Virus record (IMG/VR): IMGVR_UViG_3300013414_000053
Location: 1-64,000 of that record
Direction: 5' to 3' (one strand)
Origin: a virus
Taxonomy: Duplodnaviria > Caudoviricetes
Length of the DNA: 64,000 bases
Within the stretch, counting starts at the first letter, position 1; each line of letters begins with the position of its first letter. Position numbers and translations under genes: made by a program. The notes beneath the pieces were generated by a model, which made no database searches, was not told the origin of the DNA, and saw only the letters and a program-made list of their open reading frames with translations. Shown here in pieces: positions 57,003 through 64,000 of the stretch.

Positions 57003-58322
57003 ATGGTAACGTATGAAGGATTGGTAGAAGCCTACTTAGATTGTCGTGTACACAAGTCGCGGACAAACAACTGCATCAGGTTTACTCTTGATGTGGAAGG
57101 CAATCTCTATGATATGATGCAAGCTATCAATAATAGAACCTATCAACCTAAACGTTCCATTTGCTTTGTCGTTAGTCGCCCCAAATACCGTGAGGTCTTT
57201 GCAGCTGATTTCGCAGACCGCATTATTCATCATTACATAAGACTTAGACTGGAGCCTATAATTGAACAAAAATTTAATGAACGTACCTTTAACTGTAGAA
57301 ATGGGAAAGGCACACTTGCTGGTGTAGAGCAGTTAAAGAAAGATATTGTGGAGTGCTCCCAGAATTATACACAAGACTGTTATGTGGCAACCGTAGATAT
57401 TAACAGTTTCTTTATGTCTATTCCGAAGAAACTGGTAGAAGATATGGTTGTCAAACTTGTAGAGGACAATTATTTTGGTGAAGATAAGGATGATTTAATT
57501 TATCTATGTCACGTTGTTTTAAGCCATTGCCCAGAAGAGAACTGCATCAGGCAATCTTCAGAGGCTATGTGGAACAACTTACCAGCAAGCAAATCTCTTT
57601 TTACTAATGGCAATGGATTGGGTATGCTCATCGGTAATCTCCCATCCCAGATGTTTGCCAATTATCTTTTGAACTCACTTGATTGGGCGATTGAAAACGA
57701 ATATGGGATAAAATATCACGGCAGATATGTTGATGATATATATTTGGTAGCTGAAACTAAAGAGCAAATTCTCAATGCTATCCCAAAAATCAGACAAAAG
57801 TTAGAATCCTTAGGATTGAAATTATCGCCCAAGAAATTCTATATGCAACATTATTCTAAGGGATTAGATTTTACTGGAGCCGTTGTTAAACCCGGAAGAG
57901 TCTATCCACTTAGTCGCACAGTCACTAACTTTAGACACAGCATTGGTAGGCTCAACAAATGTCGCACCAAAGCGCAGGTTATAAGAGCATTGTCCTCAGT
58001 CAATAGTTATCTTGGATTATTAAGACATTATGATAGCTATGCCATTAGATACAATGGATTGATGGAGATTGATGCAAAATTATTTAAGTGGGTTTACATC
58101 AAAGGACACATGGAAGTGGTGAAACTGAAGAAGAAGTATCACCCCAGAACCCGTATCCGTTACCGGCTTAACCATAACTTTCACGATAAACTCTCCCTGC
58201 CTCATCCCATTGCTGAGTTTGAGGAAAGAGATGATAAAGAAAAATATATGAGGATGTTAGCTGAATATACCCCAGTGAATATCCCCTCAATCCACATACT
58301 TGAAAGTCATTCGGACTATTAA
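57003..58322 (+). CDS. DGR reverse transcriptase
   Basis: KYREVFAADFADRIIHH, DINSFFMSI, IGNLPSQMFAN, GRYVDD, LDFTGAVV motifs. Confidence 0.95.
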   Translation: MVTYEGLVEAYLDCRVHKSRTNNCIRFTLDVEGNLYDMMQAINNRTYQPKRSICFVVSRPKYREVFAADFADRIIHHYIRLRLEPIIEQKFNERTFNCRNGKGTLAGVEQLKKDIVECSQNYTQDCYVATVDINSFFMSIPKKLVEDMVVKLVEDNYFGEDKDDLIYLCHVVLSHCPEENCIRQSSEAMWNNLPASKSLFTNGNGLGMLIGNLPSQMFANYLLNSLDWAIENEYGIKYHGRYVDDIYLVAETKEQILNAIPKIRQKLESLGLKLSPKKFYMQHYSKGLDFTGAVVKPGRVYPLSRTVTNFRHSIGRLNKCRTKAQVIRALSSVNSYLGLLRHYDSYAIRYNGLMEIDAKLFKWVYIKGHMEVVKLKKKYHPRTRIRYRLNHNFHDKLSLPHPIAEFEERDDKEKYMRMLAEYTPVNIPSIHILESHSDY

Positions 58323-58363
58323 TAATAAACAACATCAGTTTTAACTTTCAAAAAATCTGAACA

Positions 58364-58774
58364 ATGGACCAGATCAACAGCAACAACGAACCTGTAGAAC
58401 AGCAGGTAGAAGTAATGGCTCCCGAAGAGTCAGTAATGTCGCCTGAAATGCTTGCAGAAATGGAAGCTCAGAAGGATCAGGAACTCTATGGTGATAACGT
58501 CAAGAAAATCGGCGGTTGCGCTGTAGTGACCGTTGGAGACGAAGTTATCGCTCTCGAACTCCCGATTACCTATCCCCAGCTCCTTTCGGCTATCATCAAG
58601 CGCAAGTACGACTCCGACCAGGCCGAAGCGATCACCGCAAACTTCCTCAACGCCCGCCTTCAGGCCGTTCCTGAGAACAAGGCCGCTGAGTATGTCGCAG
58701 AATATGAGGCATACCAGGCATGGCGCAATACGGCTAAGGCCGTTGCCAAGGAAGTGATGGGGGTTGAAGAGTAA
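58364..58774 (+). CDS. hypothetical protein (fibre-assembly-like)
   Basis: 136-aa ORF; IIKRKYDSDQAEAI..N motif. Confidence 0.65.
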   Translation: MDQINSNNEPVEQQVEVMAPEESVMSPEMLAEMEAQKDQELYGDNVKKIGGCAVVTVGDEVIALELPITYPQLLSAIIKRKYDSDQAEAITANFLNARLQAVPENKAAEYVAEYEAYQAWRNTAKAVAKEVMGVEE

Positions 58775-58789
58775 TTACCCATCACAATA

Positions 58790-58830
58790 AGGCCGTCCTT
58801 GGATATACTATGTCCTTGGACGGCTTTTTT
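58790..58830 (+). terminator. Rho-independent terminator
   Basis: AAGGCCGTCC...GGACGGCTTTTTT. Confidence 0.6.
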
Positions 58831-58857
58831 ACAAAACCAACCAACATCAAATTCGCA

Positions 58858-59088
58858 ATGAAAAAGGTATTTTCTACCATAAAAGAACGCTGGAAAGCTC
58901 AAATCCCTATCTTCTTCCAGTGGATTATAGGAATTGGTACTGGTGTGGCTGCTGTCGCACTTGCAATTCAGATGGCTCTTACTTCCGGGGGCGCAACAAT
59001 CCCGGAATGGTGGGAGTCTCTTTATCCATACCTTATCGGTATCGGTGCCGGCATGACGGCAACTGCTAAGTTCACTCAAAAGCACTGA
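58858..59088 (+). CDS. putative holin (two transmembrane helices)
   Basis: 76 aa, two hydrophobic segments, basic termini. Confidence 0.65.
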   Translation: MKKVFSTIKERWKAQIPIFFQWIIGIGTGVAAVALAIQMALTSGGATIPEWWESLYPYLIGIGAGMTATAKFTQKH

Positions 59089-59114
59089 AGCCAGACTATT
59101 AATAATAAAAACCA

Positions 59115-59786
59115 ATGGCGCAATATAGAGTCCGAAGCGGACAAAACATATACGATGTAGCATTAACTCTCTATGGCAGTGTAGAGGGCATTTTTGATTT
59201 GCTGGCAAGCAATAGCTGGCTCAATATGGAGACCCAGCTTTCTTATGGTATGATTCTCGATTACCACGAAGAGTTTGCTATCAATAAAAACATCGTGATA
59301 TGGCTAAAGGACAATAATGTGCTGGTAAAAAATGGGGAGCATATCTATAACTATCTCGATATAGAAGAGGTGGTTAAGAATCATATTGCCACCTATCATT
59401 CCGCTCAATACAATTCGCTCTCTGAAATGTCATCAGACGAGCAGAATATGTATTGGGAATCACTCTATACTCCCAGAATGGTCATACACCATCAGGGTCA
59501 GGTATCTGATATGATTGTTCACTTGAAAGCTGACACTCATCTCATCGTGGACTGGGGAGATTACACCGCACCTCAGATTGTTGAAGGTACCGAAGAACAA
59601 GAAGTGGAACACTGTTATAAGGGAGCCGGGAAACACATCATCACTCTCTACGGAGATTTTGAGTGTGCCAAATTAGATTTCCGGGAATTAAATGGTGTTT
59701 ATTATCCGCTTGGTGTCATATATGCTGATGAATTTCTCTCAGTATTAGATAATGAGGATTTGAAAAAACTTATAATTACGCAATGA
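59115..59786 (+). CDS. LysM-like domain baseplate protein
   Basis: YRVRSGQNIYDVALTLYGS N-terminus. Confidence 0.65.
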   Translation: MAQYRVRSGQNIYDVALTLYGSVEGIFDLLASNSWLNMETQLSYGMILDYHEEFAINKNIVIWLKDNNVLVKNGEHIYNYLDIEEVVKNHIATYHSAQYNSLSEMSSDEQNMYWESLYTPRMVIHHQGQVSDMIVHLKADTHLIVDWGDYTAPQIVEGTEEQEVEHCYKGAGKHIITLYGDFECAKLDFRELNGVYYPLGVIYADEFLSVLDNEDLKKLIITQ

Positions 59787-60724
59787 GAAGTGTAAGTCAA
59801 ATATATTCCGAAGCTGTCAGCACAAGAAACAACTACTTACAGCTGACAGAACTCAATACAGGCCGTAGCAACAGTAAGCTCAGTATGCTCAATCTGCTGA
59901 CTTATGTTGTAGCGGTCTGCATCCATACCTATGAAGCCGTCCTCGATCTCTTTCAGGTAAGGGTTGCTGAAGTTCTCAATGGTCGTATCAATGGCACTCC
60001 AGATTGGTATGCAATGATGGCAAAAAAGTTTCAGTACAATAGTGTAACTGAAACTGGTGATGAGCTGCGATTCAATGAAGATACTATGAAAATTGAATAT
60101 GCCCAGCCGGACACTTCCCATAGGATCATTGAAAAAGCAGCCTGGCAAACCGATGACAAGTCTCTTACTCTGAAAATTTGTAAAGCAAACGATAACTCCA
60201 ATGAGGTTAATAATGGTATTCCTTATATGGCTCTCAATGACTATGAGCTGACCGCTTTCCGTATGTTTATCCAACAAATTAAGTTTGTTGGTGCCGACAT
60301 CTATTGTGAGAGTTCTCCCGGAGACATTGTGACGATAGTTGCTGACAAGCACAATCCCATTTTTTACAATGACAGCTATGTTACGGCAGCCCAAGCATTG
60401 ACTGAATTACAGCAGGCTATGATTGACTTTGCCAATGAAATGGAGTTTAATGGCATGTTCTACTATCAGTCTGTCTTAGACGTGATTAGAAAAACAGAAC
60501 ATATCACCGACATCAGCAATAACATCAAGATATACATCAGCTCTTACAATACTACCGACCGTAAGTATGACGAGCCGGTGGAACTGAGTAATCGGATCAG
60601 GTTAAAAAGTGGTTATATCCGCTTGCTTGATACGAACTCAGTAATGACAATCAATAGTGACAACCTCACGCTGGTTCCAGCATCAAAAATGGACCAGTAT
60701 TTTGCCGAACTGGAAGAGCAATGA
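59783..60724 (+). CDS. putative baseplate wedge protein (J-like)
   Basis: Position and size; 4-nt overlaps with neighbours. Confidence 0.55.
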   Translation: MRSVSQIYSEAVSTRNNYLQLTELNTGRSNSKLSMLNLLTYVVAVCIHTYEAVLDLFQVRVAEVLNGRINGTPDWYAMMAKKFQYNSVTETGDELRFNEDTMKIEYAQPDTSHRIIEKAAWQTDDKSLTLKICKANDNSNEVNNGIPYMALNDYELTAFRMFIQQIKFVGADIYCESSPGDIVTIVADKHNPIFYNDSYVTAAQALTELQQAMIDFANEMEFNGMFYYQSVLDVIRKTEHITDISNNIKIYISSYNTTDRKYDEPVELSNRIRLKSGYIRLLDTNSVMTINSDNLTLVPASKMDQYFAELEEQ

Positions 60725-61365
60725 TAAATATTGATTTTACAAATATCAACAATGCGAAACTGATTGGCAGACTATTGCCTTTCTGGGCCAGGGGCAAGAA
60801 AACATCTTTGCTCCTACAAGCCATTCTTAGCCCAATCGCTTCAGCGCACAGTCGATTTAAGGCTTGGGGATTGGAAAGGTATATAGAATGTCATATCACA
60901 GCGCAGAAATCTTCCTTGGAGTGGTATTTGAAGTATCGCCTCAAAGCCCATTTCTTGAAAGAAAACGATAATTTCTTTATCACTCAGGGTATCAATGAAT
61001 CCGTTTCTTGCTTCAGCAGTAATGTATGGCGAAATGGATTACACTGGGATAATGCTCTCAGATGGAGTGTTGATACAGAGCCTCTTGTCAATATGAATAT
61101 GAATCTCACTTGTATCAACACTGGCTTGTGGGAAAACAGGATGCTCTGGAATAATGCTTTGTTATGGGATAATGAGGATAATGGCAAGAAGTATAATGAT
61201 GATTATCTGGAGTCTATTGACCAAACCAATGTTTATGCTCCAGCCATTGTTGATACAGTCAATTACAATCACGAAGATTATGAACGAGACATCCGCAACA
61301 TCATGTCGAAGTTTATGATCAACTTCAATAAAATCAACATCATTGTGGCAGACACCGAATATTAA
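60721..61365 (+). CDS. putative baseplate wedge protein (I-like) with two W-x5-W-x5-W repeats
   Basis: 214-aa ORF. Confidence 0.55.
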   Translation: MINIDFTNINNAKLIGRLLPFWARGKKTSLLLQAILSPIASAHSRFKAWGLERYIECHITAQKSSLEWYLKYRLKAHFLKENDNFFITQGINESVSCFSSNVWRNGLHWDNALRWSVDTEPLVNMNMNLTCINTGLWENRMLWNNALLWDNEDNGKKYNDDYLESIDQTNVYAPAIVDTVNYNHEDYERDIRNIMSKFMINFNKINIIVADTEY

Positions 61366-61384
61366 CTATCAAACTCAATAGATT

Positions 61385-61633
61385 ATGAAAGTTCACAACC
61401 TGGGCAGTGACTATGCCTTTCAGAGAAAACAGAAACAAGAAAACCAGCCGGAAGTTAAGTCAACTGAACTGCCGGCGCCCACTGAAGTAACAACTGAAAC
61501 CGATGCTGGAGATCAAGTTCCGAGACGGGGAGAAGGAGAGGTTGTGGCAACAGCCGATGAAACCTCAGCCCCGAAGCAAAAAGGCCGTAAGAAAAAAGAA
61601 ACGGGGACCGAAAACGAACAGCCACAGGACTAA
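61385..61633 (+). CDS. low-complexity E/T/K-rich hypothetical protein
   Basis: 82-aa ORF. Confidence 0.55.
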   Translation: MKVHNLGSDYAFQRKQKQENQPEVKSTELPAPTEVTTETDAGDQVPRRGEGEVVATADETSAPKQKGRKKKETGTENEQPQD

Positions 61634-61952
61634 AGTCAAATTCAATGAAACGGCTGTAGGGCATTTTCTATTCGTATATGCTCCTATTCAATATTTACTA
61701 TTGATGGAGTATCATAGTGTGTTGAGATTAACTCATAGAAATCAAATCATCAGCTATGAGGCGATAGAAACCATTGCTTTGAATAGCGATAACCCAGCTT
61801 TTCGATCAGCACGCTTCAGAAGAGCCCTTATCTCATATCGCCGTTTTGGAATGAAACCTCTACGTCCTACTGGATGGACTCTAAAAGATGCCGTTTATTA
61901 CGCCAGAAATAGCTTCTACATTCACGAAGCTGTAAAGAAATGCACCGAGTAA
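61503..61952 (+). CDS. hypothetical protein (start uncertain)
   Basis: 149-aa ORF overlapping the previous gene. Confidence 0.5.
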   Translation: MLEIKFRDGEKERLWQQPMKPQPRSKKAVRKKKRGPKTNSHRTKVKFNETAVGHFLFVYAPIQYLLLMEYHSVLRLTHRNQIISYEAIETIALNSDNPAFRSARFRRALISYRRFGMKPLRPTGWTLKDAVYYARNSFYIHEAVKKCTE

Positions 61953-62137
61953 ATTGCCCGGTGCATTTTTATTAGAACTTCTTTCTGCTTGAAAATATAG
62001 GATTGTAAATGATCTATCACATTGTGAAACCGAGCTAAATGTTTGCGCCATTTAGTTACCTTAATGGTCTCTCCACACAATAAACACTTGACTAATGGCG
62101 CCGGTGGAGTATTACCTTTCTTTTGACTCATCGACAC
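61922..62137 (-). CDS. small zinc-finger-like protein
   Basis: CLLC-x9-HLARFH. Confidence 0.45.
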   Translation of the reverse strand: MSMSQKKGNTPPAPLVKCLLCGETIKVTKWRKHLARFHNVIDHLQSYIFKQKEVLIKMHRAIYSVHFFTAS

Positions 62138-62152
62138 TAACCCTTAATCAGC

Positions 62153-62506
62153 TTACTGTTTTACTCTTTTGAATACAAAATTAATTGTATTGGTGCGAGT
62201 GTTATTAACTCCATGCTCAGGAAAAACGGTCTCAGTTGTAGTATATACGCTTACCATTTCCCAACCATCTTTGCCATATAAATTTAGAGAGTTAGGTATA
62301 TCTGTTATTTCAGGAAAATGAAGCGATTGAGAATTGCTCAATTCTATCAAAGCCTCCTTATCAGTAGGGCTATATGTTGAGGGTAATTTAGAGCCTGGGA
62401 ACGATATGATGGTGTATTCCCATTGTTGTGGCGCAGTATCTTTGTTGCTGCAAGCTCCCAGCACCAAAGCGAGCAAAAGGATAATTATCGACTGTTTCAT
62501 AGCCAT
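62153..62506 (-). CDS. lipoprotein (DUF4177-like WEY motif)
   Basis: MKQSIIILLLALVLGA-C lipobox; QWEYTI and GKDGWEMVSV. Confidence 0.75.
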   Translation of the reverse strand: MAMKQSIIILLLALVLGACSNKDTAPQQWEYTIISFPGSKLPSTYSPTDKEALIELSNSQSLHFPEITDIPNSLNLYGKDGWEMVSVYTTTETVFPEHGVNNTRTNTINFVFKRVKQ

Positions 62507-62544
62507 TTTGGTTTATAGTTAATATTCTCTCAAAAATGGCAATG

Positions 62545-62690
62545 ACATACAAAAAGCGTAGAGCCATTGCCCTCGCGTCGTGGTTCACCACAAACCATAT
62601 CTCACAAGGCAGCTCTACGCTTATGCGCAGACCCGCCTAATGTGAGATAATGCCTTCTTCTTTTTCGAGGTGGTGATTTCGACGCGAATT
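62545..62690 (-). ncRNA. structured 5' leader (nested stems plus a possible pseudoknot)
   Basis: Pairings 62574-91/62670-86, 62599-606/62641-48, 62554-64/62612-22; TAATTTTG promoter at 62732-62739. Confidence 0.55.
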
Positions 62691-62823
62691 AGGCTATGTC
62701 ACATCCAATACTCAATGTACGGATGCACCTGCAAAATTACTAAAAAACTCGTATCGAGCCAAATAAAAAATCACAACCGCCAGAGTATCACTGACAAGTT
62801 GTGATTTCATTTTGTTAGGTAAG

Positions 62824-63285
62824 TTACCATAAAAGCCGGGTTATATTCCTTAATACCCCTCCTTCTACTTTATAAAGCCGTTGATTTGTCTTGGGAGAAC
62901 TGAGTGGTCCTAACTTTTTGATGAATGGTCCAAATTTCAAATAATCGAAATTTTGATACTCAGTGAAAACCGTGATTGTTTCGCCACCACTATACCAGCC
63001 AATCTTCAAGTCTGGATAATGGTTTCTAATGTAAGCTGCCAATTCGTTGATCTCATCAGGAGCAACATCTCCACCCATAAATAAGACACAAGTTATATCT
63101 TGAATTGTGGAATCTATCAGCATTTCAAGATTCTCATAACTCAATAGCTCACCAGAATCCTCCCATAAGTATTTAGTATTGCATCCTTTGCATTTGAATG
63201 GGCAGTTGGCAATATTGATTACAAGAGACACCTCATTAGGTATCTCCTGTTATCCTATTGCTATGTCACGATACTTCAGCATCAT
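62824..63285 (-). pseudogene. nrdG: anaerobic RNR activase (radical SAM) interrupted by an in-frame TAA
   Basis: MMLKYRDIAIG*QEIPNEVSLVINIANCPFKCKGC; stop at 63250-63252; CxxxCxxC and VLFMGGD intact. Confidence 0.7.
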
Positions 63286-64000
63286 CAGCTACATTTGGAA
63301 TAACCACACGAAGGGCACGTCATACAACCCTCAGACATATTCAGTTCCTCGCCACACTTCGGACACTTGGAATTTCCGCTTTTGGTTCCATTCTGAACCG
63401 ACTGATAAACACCAGTTTCCTTCTGTATATTTCTCACCTTCAACTCTTGCTGAAGCTGATTATACATATCGGTCAAAGCAAATCCGATAGCTACCGGGCA
63501 AGAAGATCCTTTGGAGGTATCATTCTTGGTGGCCTTGCGAACTGCATAAGAAGGACAAGTGCCAGCACTTTTAAGTTGATCCACAATATCCTCAATAGAG
63601 ATATTTCCTCTGGCTGCCAGCGACACCATTCGTGATAGTCCGGCCATAAAGAGAGCGCACCCACCCTGGGAGCCTTTGCTGAAATATGTTTCAAGCAACT
63701 GACCAGTCTCTCGATCAAAGAAAGCTGTAAGATGAAGAGTGCCACAACCAGTTATCAGAGTACGCTTTCGACCGATACAATCGTCAGAAGCCTTTTTGAT
63801 TTTGGTCGGAGTATTTGGTGAAACCTCTTCTTTTGTAGGCTGTTCATCTTTTGATAAGATAGCCTGTCGCTCACATCCATTACGCCAGATAGTAATGCCT
63901 TTGAGTCCTTTCTTCCAGGCCAGCATATATAAGTCTGCCACATCTTCCACAGTAGTGGAATTAGGAAGATTTACAGTCGAACTGATAGAAGCGTCTATGA
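63285..64000 (-). CDS. nrdJ: ribonucleotide reductase, class II-like, C-terminal part (partial)
   Basis: IDASISSTVNLP, LYMLAWKKGLKGITIWR, TSCPD-like domain and terminal CPKC...CPSC zinc ribbon; frame is open to the window edge. Confidence 0.8.
   Translation of the reverse strand, partial: IDASISSTVNLPNSTTVEDVADLYMLAWKKGLKGITIWRNGCERQAILSKDEQPTKEEVSPNTPTKIKKASDDCIGRKRTLITGCGTLHLTAFFDRETGQLLETYFSKGSQGGCALFMAGLSRMVSLAARGNISIEDIVDQLKSAGTCPSYAVRKATKNDTSKGSSCPVAIGFALTDMYNQLQQELKVRNIQKETGVYQSVQNGTKSGNSKCPKCGEELNMSEGCMTCPSCGYSKCS

Larger units (their letters stand above)
55239..58322 (+). mobile_element. diversity-generating retroelement cassette (target-avd-TR-RT)
   Basis: All canonical components present in order. 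Confidence 0.95.

Noticed and set aside
1-64000. Stop-codon reassignment (as in some gut phages)
   Set aside because: Long genes are intact in code 11 and TAG, TGA and TAA all end bona fide genes; the single TAA in nrdG is isolated.

Overview
This window is a 64-kb piece of a large tailed (myovirus-like) phage or prophage of a Bacteroidales host, read in the standard genetic code and showing TAnnTTTG-type promoters. Positions 1-27.3 kb are almost all minus-strand early/accessory genes (PcfJ, PcfK/AcrIIA9-like, many small acidic proteins, a short tyrosine recombinase, dUTPase), interrupted by a ~2.3-kb non-coding region at 18.1-20.4 kb. Positions 27.4-62 kb are a plus-strand virion module: portal, Mu-F-like head protein, Clp protease/scaffold, capsid, two sheath paralogues, tube, frameshifted chaperone, 2223-aa tape measure, baseplate, fibres and holin. 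The window ends in a stop-interrupted nrdG and the 3' end of a ribonucleotide reductase. Two different reverse-transcriptase systems are present. (1) A complete diversity-generating retroelement (avd, TR, RT at 56.3-58.3 kb) has an adjacent target and a second target ~49 kb away on the other strand; both variable regions show A-specific substitutions and in-frame codon deletions. (2) The strongest novelty candidate is a non-DGR RT with a YSDD motif (2593-3867). It is followed directly by an ~800-bp non-coding array of five long, sequence-distinct hairpins at ~170-nt period and then two co-oriented genes of unknown function. All family assignments come from motif recognition, not database searches.
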